NCBI GenBank assembly: GCA_951406725.2
Contig: OX597814.1
Location: 105,028,001 to 105,092,000, forward strand
Length of the DNA stretch: 64,000 nt
Reading direction: 5' to 3'
Origin: Octopus vulgaris
Taxonomy: Eukaryota
A program made the position numbers and the translations under genes. Positions within the stretch are counted from its first letter, which is position 1. Each line of letters opens with the position of its first letter. Positions 1 through 12,962 of the stretch are shown here, piece by piece. Under the pieces are notes generated by a model, which did not search any database, was not told where the DNA came from, and saw only the letters and a list, made by a program, of their open reading frames with translations.

Positions 1-774
1 GTGTGCGTGTATGTGCGTGTGTGTGTGTGAGTGTAATCTCTCTTCTACACGCTTGCTTGATGGAGCTGCGGTTATCCCAGATTTGTCATCGTACAAGAAT
101 TGATCAGTTCCACCAGTGCCCCCTCCCCCATCACCGGCGATCCCATGCCAGTCCTTCTGCATCCATCAAAATGTCAGGGGGTATGTACAGGTCTTCTGGG
201 ACGGCGAGTGGGGAGGAGCAATTTGGTTTCTTCTGGTAAGTGCCGTAACAGATCGAGGGTTCTTCTGGACAAGTTGTCAGGTTGTTTGCCCTCCGTACAC
301 TGTAGATGGGGCTTCCATCTTGGCGACTATGAAATTTTGTAAAACAAAATGACACAGACTTTTGCAAAGTATTGTGTATTTTGTTGTAAGCGCTTTTGTT
401 GTTCAACTTCTCAAATAGACATAGAAATAGACTAATCAGTGTGTGTATGTATATATATAAGACTTGTTTTATTTATATTTCCTGAGCGCCATACTAATAC
501 AATTGTTTGTTTGTTTTCCACCTGCCTTCGTCTTTTGTCTATTTTCATAAAGCTTCCCGTTATATGTTCTCTTACTTTATTATCAACTTATAATCATCTC
601 ATAATAATGACTTTTATGACTCTTATTACTACCTCAGTCAATCTAAATGTATATATTTGTCGTTACTTGTCATAAATAGCCTTTTTTTTTGGCAATGTGC
701 ATTTTCGTTGATTTTTCATATTTTACCCTTACATTTCCACGTATATTTTATATTTTCTTTTTGTAACATATTTT

Positions 775-825
<51 letters not shown>

Positions 826-1087
826 ATTCAAATAAACAATTAAAAAACAGAAAGAAAAAGAAAGAAAAAATGAGAAAAAAAACCAACGTGAGGACGTACA
901 CAAGCCATATATTAATGTAACGTTTCGGTGAAAGAAGCGAGTTGTTGTTCTTACCATTTCTAGCATAGCTCTTGGTTCGAAACGGGAAAGTCCAAAGAGA
1001 AAAAAGGGAAAATGAGGATAAATCGCCAACAGTCCACGCGCAGTTACATTTCTAAACTGTGTATATATATGTGTTTGTGTGAATGTA

Positions 1088-1092
<5 letters not shown>

Positions 1093-1131
<39 letters not shown>

Positions 1132-1163
1132 CATATACTCTCTCTCTCTCTCTCTCTCTCGCC

Positions 1164-1243
<80 letters not shown>

Positions 1244-1250
1244 CTCTATA

Positions 1251-1344
<94 letters not shown>

Positions 1345-1378
1345 ACTATCTATCTATCTCTATCTATCTATCTATCTA
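1093..1378. repeat. Compound microsatellite (TA)n-(CT)n-(CTAT)n
   Basis: Simple repeats are directly visible and generate the spurious IYLS/YIYI ORFs. Confidence 0.95.
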
Positions 1379-1420
1379 TTAGGACAGACAGACGCAAGTC
1401 AAATGGGCTCCAGGTAAGTT

Positions 1421-1832
1421 ACTCTCTCTTTTTACTCTTTTACTTGTTTCAGTCATTTGACTGCGGCCATGGAGCACCGCCTTTAGTCGAGCAAATCGAC
1501 CCCGGGACTTATTCTTTGTAAGCCCAGTACTTATTCTATCGGTCTCTTTTGCCGAACCGCTAAGTGACGGGGACGTAAACACACCAGCATCGGTTGTCAA
1601 GCGATGTTGGGGGGACAAACACAGACACACAAACACACACACATACATATATATATATACATATATACGACAGGCTTCTTTCAGTTTCCGTCTACCAAAT
1701 CCACTCACAAGGCATTGGTCGGCCCGGGGCTATAGCAGAAGACACTTGCCCAAGATGCCACGCAGTGGGACTGAACCCGGAACCATGTGGTTGGTTAGCA
1801 AGCTACTTACCACACAGCCACTCCTGCGCCTA
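1421..1832 (-). mobile_element. tRNA-derived SINE, family A (octopus OR/OK-like), full length
   Basis: The minus strand begins GGCGCAGGAGTGGCTGTGTGG (A box) ... GGTTCAGTCCC (B box), has an internal (TA/CA)n tract and ends in an AAAAGAGT-repeat tail. A near-identical copy lies at 55411-55823. Confidence 0.85.
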
Positions 1833-2050
1833 TTGGTCATTTTGTACGTTCAAAAGTGTTTATTGTTAAATATTTTGTGTTTAAAAGTTGTCAACAACAT
1901 CCACTGCAAACCTTGACTAATATCTACACAAAATTTCGCCCTTTGTGGGCAAAATTAAAAAAAATTCTCGTAGACTTCGTGTTGTATTTTAGCCATTTTT
2001 ATTTTCAAAAATGGCTACTGGTCACCACGAGGCTGAGGCGCAACTGAAGC

Positions 2051-3766
2051 GTGACGCCAAAACAAAAAAAACAGGATCCCCTGTCACCATGCGCTGGACT
2101 TGACTGTGTGAACACTACTTACACCGCCACCATCAGCATTGACAACAGCAACAACTACAAAACAAAGGTCGCAAGGCCAAGCACCGTCGCCGCCACCAAT
2201 GATTCCACCGTCAACACCGACACCACGACCATGGCAGCTTCTGCTACTACAACTGCTACCTCTGCTAACGACACCACTACCATCAACAATAACAATACCA
2301 AGATCACCATCACCGCCACCAAAGACCGTGCCGTCAACACCAATGCCGCCACTACAATATCTGCTACTACGACTGCCTCCCTTGCTACTAATACCACCGC
2401 CGCCACCAAGAACGACAATAACAACAACAACAACAATTCTCTTCAGCCATTGTTCCCTCCATCACCAACACGTGAAGGAGAGAAAGAAATAACCGCGACC
2501 ATCAAACCAGTTGCCGAAATTTGCGCTAACGCAGAGGCAAATTATGCAGACAATTTTCCACCCCTTGCTAGTGACATAATCAGCAACCACAAACCTAATA
2601 TACCCACAAACCACACCCCTGCCATCAACACCAACACCACCAGCAGTAACAACAATAACAAAACAACAACAAACTTCGCCGAGGCGATAAAAGAAAAAAA
2701 AAACAATAGTATCGTTTACTGCACAGCAGATAAAAGACTCCAGAGCCCTAATCTCCAAAGAAAACGGCAAAGTACAATTACACATACCACAACACATACT
2801 GAATGAGGAAAGAAAGAAAACGATTATTTATAAAATAACAAACAACACAATTAAAAGTCCAGAAAAAGCGGCACAGACAAAATAGAAAAATGCCTACGTC
2901 CCATCTGGGAATACAAGGAGTATGTGACTCGGTCGAACAAGTTTGCCCACGTACAGGTGGTTTTTCAGAATGAAGAGGTGGCAAAGCAATTCTCAACGCT
3001 AACTCTTCATTCAGATGAGCTAACAATGACACCCAGTTACCTTGGCCAGGGGGTGAAAAAGGTAATTATCAATAATGTCCCGCAAATAACAAACACACTA
3101 TGGATAACATCCGCCATATGCGTCGAAATGGAGGACATAAACATCCTGGAAATCACTGTTTCGAAACACAAGGACTGGGTGGGAAAGAGACTGGAGATTC
3201 TCTTCCACATAAGCCAAGACGACATTAACAAAATTCCCACCCACGTACATCTTACGGATGACCGCAAGTTGTATGTAGTAGTCGAGGGCAGAAGGCCACG
3301 CTGCTATACATGCGGCAGTGAAACACACCTCAAAAAGGAGTGCAAATCTGCCGCAAAACAACGACAACAACAACAACAGCCACAGGAAAAACCACAAAAG
3401 CCAGCATTATTGCCCACACCACAGTATGGACGACTAATCAAGAAACTATATGCAGAAATGCATGAAAAGCAACAAAGAACGGACCAACCCAACCAAACAA
3501 CACCACCACCTGCGCCAAGAACAGAATCATCACCACCAACAACAACTAAACCAATTCCAACACCGAGAACAACAACGAAGAAGACAAGCACCAAGGATGT
3601 AGGAGAGACAATCACCACACCAAACCCCCCAGCAACCCCCCCACCGCACACCACAACAATATCTATAACCGCACAAACAGACCCAGATGCTTTGCTTTGC
3701 CCTTACCCCCTTCTGATTCGTCAGACTTTTCATCTAACGATGAAAGTTCGACAGAATGGCAAATAG
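2051..3766 (+). pseudogene. Tx1-like ORF1 (gag-like), frameshifted
   Basis: ORFs 2051-2806 (Thr/Asn-rich) and 2924-3766, the latter containing RCYTCGSETHLKKEC (CX2CX4HX4C) followed by a Pro/Thr-rich tail. Confidence 0.75.
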
Positions 3767-4228
3767 CCACCGGGGGTAAAAGAAAAAGATAAAAAAACAA
3801 ACAAGAAAACGCAACCAAAGCAGGGAGATATCTGAACCCTGAAAGCTCCTTACACAACCAAACCAAGCACCAACACCACAAAAACACACACAATGCTATC
3901 AGCGATAGACACCAAAGACTCCAAAACTAATGGAGTACATCACAGCCCACACAAACATCTGTGAAGATGACTTCAAAACTAACAACCATCCACGCACTAC
4001 ACCACCCAAACACATCAAAATACTACACATCACACAAACACAACACCACACACTCAAAGCCCTCTTTCCAAATGCGGTTGGGGGGTTCCAAAAATACCTT
4101 TCGCAAAAACTCTCTAAAAACCTCCTCCAAGACACATCAAAGGACGAGGAAGCCAAAACTTTCGTCACAAGTGAGTAACTCTCTGTACCTTCCTTTTTGT
4201 GTTTTAAAGCACACACCTCAATAGAATC

Positions 4229-7200
4229 ATGGTCAAGATTGGTTGTGTGAATGCGCGTGGCTTGGGGTCTCCTTGGAAACAAGGGTACCTCCTAAATGAC
4301 ATCAAGTCACACGATTTGGGAATCATAGCCATAAGTGAGACCAGACTCCACGAGCCACGGGCCCTAAAGTCCATGTTTGGCGGACAGTTTAACATTTATT
4401 TTTCTCCCTGTCTGCCGAGGATGGGCGGTAGTGGCACCGCGGTACTTTTTCACAAGAGCCTGGATCTCGAAGTCAAGACGATATTCGTAGACCCGGAGGG
4501 TAGACTGGTCGTTCTGGATGTCGACGGCAGCAATGGGTGCGCTTTTCGACTCGTATCAGTCTACGCACCGCCTTTAACAGGTCGGCCGGATTTCTTTCGA
4601 CGTCTAGAAGTATTCCTGGGAACGTCTCGTCCTTTACTTTTAGTGGGGGATTGGAATGCTACCTTGGACACGCATCTAGACTATGTGGGGAGAGACAAAA
4701 ACAGAAGGGGATGCAAATGCCTCAGAGACCTGCTCAGACGATTCCAACTGTCTGACAGGTACCGACTCGACCACCCAAATGCACCAACGTGGACATGGAG
4801 CAACCGCAGTGGGTCGTCGAGATCGTATCTAGATAGGATACTGTGTAGGACAGTAGGGATAACTTAGGATGTCCACAATTCCACACAGTCAGCTACACGG
4901 ATCACAAATTCGTGACGTGTACGCTAGACTTAGATAAGGCACATAGACAGGGTCCCGGTTACTGGAAACTGAACGCATCTTTCCCGTCCAGACAGGTTTT
5001 CAGAGACAGAATCAACACGTTAGTAAAAAGGGCTTTAACGGGAGCCATCGTCAACAACAAATGGTGGTTCGCCCTCAAGAGAGCAGTAAAAGCGGAAGCA
5101 ATTAGATATAGCAAGGCACTAGCCGTAGATAGAAATAGAGTGGAGGGTGAGTTAGTTAAGAAGTTAGAAGAGGCAATAAGAAGCGGCATCACATCCGACG
5201 TTTTACGGCGAGGTTGGCCCTTGACCAACACTTCAACGCCAAACACGAAGGGTGTGCTGTCAGGGCTAGGATGCGTGCTCTAAGGATGGAAGGTGTTGGA
5301 GCCGCGAGGGAGGCCCGGGTGGCGGAGGCGCAGCAGGGCAACAAAGCCACCATTCGGTCTCTGGTAGATGAACAAGGGCGCGAATTGCTCGAGCCCAGCA
5401 AGATGTGCGAGGCATTTCAGCGGCACTTTGCCCGACTGTACGGGACGAGTGGCGAGCGTGAACGCAGGGTGGACTTCAGTGCCTACCTGCACAGCCTGCC
5501 ACGACTCTCGGCAAGAGAGGCGATGCTGCGAAGGTGCCATCACGGCGGCGGATGTGCGGGACGCAATGGCAGAATGCTCGAGAGACAAATCGCCGGGTTT
5601 GGATGGTCTGCCCTACGAGTTTTACAATTGTATGCCAGACTTGTTTGGAGACGTCTTGGCAGCGGTATACTGCAACTGGCAGCAAAACGGGAGCATACCC
5701 GGTTTTGTGAGTCGAGGAGCCGTAACGCTGCTGAAGAAAGATCCAAACAAGGGGGACATTATAGATAACTTTAGACCAATCACTCTGCTCAATGCAGACC
5801 TGAAAATTTTGACCAAGGTGTTAGCAAGAGGTTGGCGCTTGTCATCGAGAAACTGGTCGACAAGGCACAAACGTGCGCCATGCCGGGCCGGAGCATCCAT
5901 GACAACCTCCATCTGATGCGCTACATCATAGACAGAGTAGTTAAGGAACCTGGCATGGGTGGGGCCCTGATCAATTTGGATCAATCGAAAGCCTTCGATA
6001 GGGTAGACCATCGATACTTGGAGGCAGTCCTGAGAGCGGCTGGTTTCGGTCCCGTCTTCCGCAGCTGGATAGCTGCCTTGTACAGAGGCATCCGTTCGGT
6101 AATTCGCGTAAATGGACATCTATCGAGACCTTTCGACATTGCACGTTCGGTCCGTCAGGGATGCCCCCTCTCGTCGCTTCTATACGTATTGACTCTGAGC
6201 CACTACTGCGGAAGCTGACAACTCTGAGGGGCATCCCGCGAGAATTGGGATGCGGGACGAGCGTGTCTGCATACGCGGACGACGTCACCGTCATAGTGTC
6301 AAGCCACGAGCACATCGAGCTGGTCGGCGAGACACTGAAAGACTACGAAGCGGTGACAGGAGCGAAAATCAACCGGGAAAAGTCAGTGGGCTTGCGGCTC
6401 GGCACCTGGAGAAGCAAGCCCATGCCGTCCACCAGTACCTCCGTCGTGGGACGCTGGACGGACGGCCCGGTTGAGTTGCTCGGGGTCTGGTTCGGTCCGG
6501 ACCTCCAAATGGAGAAGAACTGGAACGAGATAACGAGTAGGGTGGTCACTCTCGCCCGGCAATGGGCCGAGAGGAAACTGTCCCTAAAAGGTCGGGCGGA
6601 GGTGGCGAACACGTACATCGCGTCCATCATCTACTACCGCCTGACCGTCGTACCTTGTCCCGACCCTACCATCACCAAACTAGAACGCATTCTCTTCGCT
6701 TCTTGTGGAAAGGATGCGTCCCGATGGTCAGGCGATCCATTTGCTGTCAACACCCGTTAAAAGGAGGGCTGGGCATGCCGTGGTTGATGATGCGCAGACA
6801 CGCGCTGAGACTGCGACATCTCCGGCTCTATGTAGACGACGGTGAACAGGTGTGGTCGCCGTTTGTGAGGCACGCTTTCCCGCAGCTCGTCTCCATGACC
6901 GAACTGCAGTCGTGGATCAAAAAGAGGCCGAGGAAGGGCGAATGGCACCGCGAGTGTCGCGTTGCTCTCAAGCAACTATGCCGTCCCGGGTCGACCTTGA
7001 GTGACTTCAACACAACCAAAGCATTCTATAGGGGATTAGTGGAGGGGAGGGGAGGTACGACGACGATCTTGGGGGCAAACATGGGCATCGACGAGGAATA
7101 CCTGACCCGCCTGTTTGAAACGACTTTCGGGCCGGGACCTATGGACAACTTCCAGAGATCCCTGGCCTGGCAGTGCTACCGAGAAGCGCTACCCGTTCGG

Positions 7201-7662
7201 GATAAGCTCTATAGGCATGGCTCGAGAAACACGGGGCCGACCTGCCCGAGATGCGGGCAGAGCGACGAAACCGTTCTGCACGCAATCGTGCAGTGTCCAA
7301 CAATCTCCGACCTGTGGGCTTATGTCGAACGACTGCTGTCACGTGTGGGACGTGTCGGTTTATCAGCCGAGTCTATCGTTAATATCGTCACGCCTCCTTC
7401 CTTCAAACGGGAAGGAAGAGCTATTTTTATCATACTTGTGGCTATGGCGAAAGAATGTATCTGGTGGACGCGCCTGAAAGGATTAGAGACAAACACTTTC
7501 CTCTCTGGTCAATCTCTCATCAACTTCTTCAAGTATCACTTGAAGAGGAAAGTGAGAGTAGAGAGGCAAGTTTTGTCTAGTGAATGTTTTAAAAAAAGAT
7601 GGGTGAATGTAGCAAGGATGGCACGTATGAATGACGAAGCCACCTTGACTATGATCCTATGA
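4229..7662 (+). pseudogene. Tx1-like ORF2 (APE endonuclease - reverse transcriptase - zinc finger), split by about 6 frameshifts
   Basis: Motifs seen in successive frames: NARGL, ISET, VYAP, GDWN, SYLDRI, TDH; KSPGLDG, FRPITLLN, DQSKAFDRV, RQGCPLS, YADD; CPRC...ETVLHAIVQC. Confidence 0.92.
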
Positions 7663-8009
7663 ACCGTAAAAATTAAGACAGAGTGTTGCTTATTTGTAAA
7701 AAAATATAACATGTGACTTCATTGACCGAGGTTACCGTGGTCTTTTCCGTAGGCTTTTCTTTCCACGGGTAAACCTCACCTGTCCTCCCCTTTACACTTT
7801 ATATTGACATTTCTGTGATACCGATCCCTATTGAGCAATTTTTTTCCCTTTCCCTTTCTTTTCATTTCCCCATTTTTTTTGTCCTCTTTCTTCCCTTTTA
7901 CGATCCCTTTTGATCGAAAACCAAATCCCCTTTTTTACCCCCAAAAGAAAAGCCCTATCTTGTAATTTATCCTGTCTGTGTGCATCCCTGTGTGGCTAAT
8001 AAAGAAACA

Positions 8010-8074
<65 letters not shown>

Positions 8075-8612
8075 GTCTGTCTGTCTGTCTGTCTGTGTGT
8101 GTGTGTGTCTGTCTGTCTCTGTATAAGTACGCACACACTCATAATTTTCCGCAATATCTATCATCCATCGATACTTAAACGGCACAGATGCAAAATGTGT
8201 GAACCGGGATTAATTCCCGTCGCTCAAGGACACAGAAAACGAATTAAAAAAAAAAAAGAATTTCAAAACAAAAATGAAGGAAAAAATAATTAACTAATTA
8301 ATGAATTGGATATTTTAATGAAATTGGAATGTAATGAAATAAAAGTAAAATTGAAAAAGAATGAAAGTTAATTATTTTAGGAAAAATAATATAGACAAAA
8401 CTTAATTTTCTTCAGGTGGAAATGATGACGACGTTCAAACAGCAAAAGTGTTCACTGTAGCGGCAGCAGAAGCCGCAGCAGTAGCAGCAACAACAGCGAT
8501 AGTGACAGCTGTAGTACTGGTGGTGATGGTTGTGATAATATTAATGGTAACTATTTTACAGGGATAGTCAAAATGGTTTTAAAAAGACACAGAAATACAT
8601 ACACACACACGT

Positions 8613-8676
<64 letters not shown>

Positions 8677-9073
8677 CATTCATATTTTATTCCTCTGTCT
8701 CGGAATCTGCCCTTCGTATATATTATGGACCGTATATTTAATATAATGTGCATGTCTGAATAGCTCAAGAGCGGATTGCTTCACTCAGCTGGGTCTAATT
8801 ATCTACATACTCTCCAGGAATATCGTTCGGCCGGTACTTATGTACCGAGTTTTGATATTTACATTATATCGTTGTGTGTGTATATTATTCCGACCTAACG
8901 AGGTAACTCAATTTAAGTACCTAATTCAACCGAATCTTACACACACACATTTATAGAAAAAAATTAATAAATAGTGCAATACAGTATTATTGCTTCCCTG
9001 TAAAACAAAGTACCATCAGGTTAAAGTATAAGATATTGGTGCATTGTTGTACCAGAATCGATTATAACCATAC

Positions 9074-10300
9074 TTACTCCATGCCATATGCAACCATACT
9101 CCGGGATATGCCAATACATACAGAAACATTAAGGCCAATAGGCCGGATAGAGTTGTCAGAGATCACCATGTGAGAAAAATGCTTTCTTAATCGATTTATC
9201 AGTACCAACAGATAACAATGTTTCTTAAAAGGAAGCGGAGAAACTTTCAAATTACAAAGATCTGGAAATGTAAAGGTTAATTCGAATGTGGACTCTAAAA
9301 ACAGAAACAATTCCTATCATAATAGGCTCATTAGCTATGACACAAAGCATTCAGATATATACACAATAAAAACTCCATGGCTTACAAGTATAGATAACAT
9401 ACAGAAAATAGCCCAAGTAGGCACCACACTCTTCTTACATAAAACACATTCAATACAGTGAAAATAAGAGCACTACCACAAACTACAACAGATACCCAAA
9501 GCATACAGAGCTGCACTGGGTATTGCAGTGAAAGCACGCGATAAAAATAAGGCTACTGAATAGAAAAGTCGATAAATATGACAGGTTAGCTGAGAAGGTT
9601 AAGCTGTTGTGGTCACTGAAAAAGGTGGTAGTAGTACCAATAATTGTCGGAGCCCTGGGAACAGTGAGTAAAAAATTTTGAGAAGTACATGGAACATATA
9701 GGGGCTGCAATAAGGGTGGAGGACTTGCAGAAAACAGTACTGCTTGGAACCGTTCGGATACTCCGGAAGGTGCTCGACAAATAATGGATGTTACCTTAGC
9801 GAACAGCTGGCACTGTAGTATATCTACAGCGTTAGAAGCTGTGCAAAGACAATAAAATAATAATGATAATGGTAGAGACTAACAGACGGGACCTAGCGAT
9901 GGTGGACAAGCTGCACCAGATATACTATATAGTTGAACTTACGTGTTCCTTTGACCAACGAATAGTCGAGAAGAAACAACGAAAAAATAGATAAATAGAA
10001 CCCTTTTAAGTACGAAATAGCTCGTCTATAGAAAATAAGGAGGATAAAGATAGTGCCAATTATTGTCGGGTTCTTGAGGATAGTATCTGAACGCTTGAAG
10101 AGGAATATAAAAGAAATCGGAATAGAGTGCCCGGTAGAACTACTACAAAAGTTTTGCCTCCTTGGCACGGCCAGAATAATCAGGAAAGTATTGGACAATT
10201 GTAAAGAGCAGATGGCATGGTACCGTAGGCTGCAGCAGCAAGCCCGCTACGCATGCAACACTCTAGAAGTTCCCACAAAACCTAGCATAAAAAGAAATAA
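9074..10300 (+). mobile_element. Three tandem 3'-end fragments of R4/Dong-type RLE retrotransposons
   Basis: 9074-9562 resembles the 3' end of the 27345-29200 element (DMPIHT, RPD motifs; tail GTGAAAGCACGCGATAAAAAT...CTACTGAATA). 9563-9870 encodes EKVDKYDRL...VVPIIVGALGTVS. 9875-10300 encodes PIIVGFL...LLGTARIIRKVL. Confidence 0.7.
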
Positions 10301-10499
10301 TATTAATTTTTTCTTTGACTCTCATTCTGATTCACAGCAACGATTTCTCTTTCAGTTCTTTTTAATTTCTTTCTTTATTCCGTTTCCGGTTTATAATCTG
10401 CAGGCTTATAAACTATGTCACCCCGACAAGATGATAACGTAAACACGCAGCTTGTTAGAAATCTCTGGTTTACACGAAGATCTTTGGCTAGATTATCTA

Positions 10500-10600
10500 C
10501 AAGAAGAAGACGAAGACGAAGAAGAAGAAGAAGAAGAAGAAGAAGAAGAAGAAGAAGAAGAAGAAGAAGAAGAAGAAGAAGAAGAAGAAGAAGAAGAAGA
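10500..10600. repeat. (GAA)n microsatellite
   Basis: Directly visible. Confidence 0.95.
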
Positions 10601-11083
10601 AAATAAGTCAATAGATAAGAGAATTTGGTTTGTATACAAAGTAGGAAGTTACGCTAAATCCCATCTTAGTCGCCTGTTATGCTAGAGGCGAACATATTTG
10701 TTACGTCTGCACCGATAGACTGCTGTGAAATCTAAATTTACAAATGATACATGTAGATATCTGTTAAGTTATCACTAAACCATGGGTTCATTCACTAAAC
10801 TCCTACACATTTTATCTTTCCATTCTGTGATCGAACAGTCAAGGTGAGTCTGTTTTACTGATGAACTCTTACTGGGGCGAAAGATGTCCAATGTTGTCTT
10901 TACACTGAAGATTATCACATTCACTCTTCCCTGCATTCTAGTCTTAAATGACTTAAACTGATTTTATAGCTTCAGATTATCTTCACTGAATTTTATTAAA
11001 CAGAATCGTTAAAGAATTCATCCTGATAATGCCTTTATAAAGATTTAAAATATGATGCTGCTTCCTGTACTCATTAACGTTTT

Positions 11084-11513
11084 CTAATAGAAGCACAAGG
11101 CCTAAAATTTGGGACGGATGGGGATTACATCAACCCCAGTGTTTATCTGATTCTTATTTTATCGACCCCGAATGAATTAAAGGCAAAGTCAACCTCACCG
11201 GAATTTGAACTCAGAACGTAAAGACGGACGAAATGCCGCTAAACCTTTTGTCCGATGCGGTAAGGATTCTGCAGGCTCGCCCGCTTATCGCGTGCACATT
11301 AATATCCTTTTTACAATAGGCACAGTAATATCTTTTCGAATACAGGCACAAGGCCTGAACGTTTGAGGGAATGGATTGCAAGATTAGAAAAGCCCCTTAA
11401 CTGGTACTTGTGTTATCGAACATAAAATGGATGAAAGGCAAAGTCGACCTCGGCAGCATTTGAACTCAGAACTCAGAACGTAAAAACGGACGAAATACCG
11501 CTAAGCATTTCAC
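11084..11513 (-). mobile_element. Two adjacent degenerate SINE family B copies
   Basis: Both carry AAAGGCAAAGTCRACCTC...TTTGAACTCAGAAC...GGACGAAAT, matching the copies at 39257, 44596 and 62958. Confidence 0.8.
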
Positions 11514-12265
11514 CCATAGTTTATTCATCGCAGCCAATACCTGGCTATTTAAGAGCAACAACATAACCGTAGAATAGATTAAAAAACAAAGAACAAAAAA
11601 CACCTAGCGTTCTGGTGAAACTAAAACCCTGGACACAGTTTTTAGTAATTTTTAAAAAAGGAAAAATATTAGCTTCCTATATTGGTTTGGAAACACAGTT
11701 GGCCATAGATTGATTTTGTTCAGAAAAGCGTATGTTTGATGTTTATCCATTTGACTTCTTTAGCTGAGAAGATTAAAGGTTAGGAAAAACATTGTTTGAA
11801 ACCTTAGTCATTACTCTCCCGCAGTGGAACTTATTGACTCATTTAATATGTCGGACTTGTAAATCTCTAAGAAGTCAATGTTGTATTAATTCACGCTGAA
11901 ATGTTTTAAACGCTGTATTAGATATGTAATGTCATCTTAAAGCAGGCGATTAAGGAGGATTATTTTAGACTTAGGATGTTCTTCACGAAATAGTGACATG
12001 AAAAAATGTGGGATTTTAAAAAATAAGAATGAGACTTCAATGTTAGACCATGTATTTTGTGTAGCCCCTTACTGTTAAAGTTTTTATGTCGGCCAGCCTG
12101 AGAGGTTGGTAAGTTCACCGAAAATGTGACACCGCAACACAAACGTATTCGTCTGGCGTTTGTCATTCAAATGATTAAAATCAGACCGGGATGGATCTTG
12201 TATTTTTCATTTAGGTTTGTCTGCTTGTCAGTGTATCAGCATAAGACAACATGCTCCTGGACTCT

Positions 12266-12326
<61 letters not shown>

Positions 12327-12456
12327 TTGAGTTTTACCCAATTCTTCTGAAGAGACTTCAAACCAATCGCTAACAAAGTGCCAAAACCTTTTCAATTTAG
12401 AGAGTTTCCGATGTTTGAAAATATGCGTTTAAGTTAGTGTATCGCTTAAGCTGTCG

Positions 12457-12579
12457 ATGTATGTATGTATGTATGTATGTATGTATGTATGTATGTATGT
12501 ATGTATGTATGTATGTTTGTATGTATGTATGTATGTATATATGTGTGTATGTGTGTATGTATGTGTGTATGTATGTATG

Positions 12580-12611
<32 letters not shown>

Positions 12612-12720
12612 TGTATGTATATATGTGTGTATGTGTGTATGTATGTGTGTATGTATGTGTGTGTATGTATGTATGTATGTATGTATGTATGCATGTATGT
12701 GTGTGTGTATGTATGTGTGT
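12457..12720. repeat. (ATGT)n/(GT)n microsatellite
   Basis: Directly visible. Confidence 0.95.
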
Positions 12721-12960
12721 AGGCATGTGGAAGAGAGTGTAATTCGGCAGGAGGACTTAAACGACATGCAAACGTACATGAAGCCCAGTCACAACTACAG
12801 CCGGCTATTGCCGGTAAAGGTTTTTGTTGCCAATTCTGTAAAAGACATTGTAGATCTTTAGCTGGGCTAAAAAGTCACATTCGATCACAGCACCAATAAC
12901 TGTTAAACTTCGTGCAATGGCCATACTCGACAACGAAGGAGCAGCCATCATGTACGTATG
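12721..12960 (+). mobile_element. 3' end of an RTE-type LINE (C-terminal C2H2 finger plus 3' UTR)
   Basis: Encodes GKGFCCQFCKRHCRSLAGLKSHIRSQHQ*, followed by the tail CTTCGTGCAATGGCCATACTCGA.AACGA.GG.GCAGCCA shared with about 42800-42843, then ATGT repeats. Confidence 0.7.
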
Positions 12961-12962
12961 TA

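Larger units (their letters stand above)
1833..8008 (+). mobile_element. Near full-length L1-clade (Tx1-like) non-LTR retrotransposon
   Basis: ORF1 region has a CCHC knuckle; ORF2 has APE endonuclease, RT and a C-terminal zinc finger. A T-rich 3' UTR ends in AATAAAGAAAC next to (ATCT)n. The 5' boundary is approximate. Confidence 0.9.

Noticed and set aside
30-420. GC-richer segment with short overlapping ORFs
   Set aside because: No recognisable domain; possibly a retroelement 5' piece but unsupported.
657-1521. Many ORFs of YIYI/IYLS/HTYI/VCMY type here and at 12.4, 22.6, 36.5, 40.8-42.3, 47, 52 and 58 kb
   Set aside because: They are translations of microsatellites that lack stop codons, not genes.
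10375-10685. Poly-Glu/Arg/Leu ORFs
   Set aside because: They come from a (GAA)n tract.
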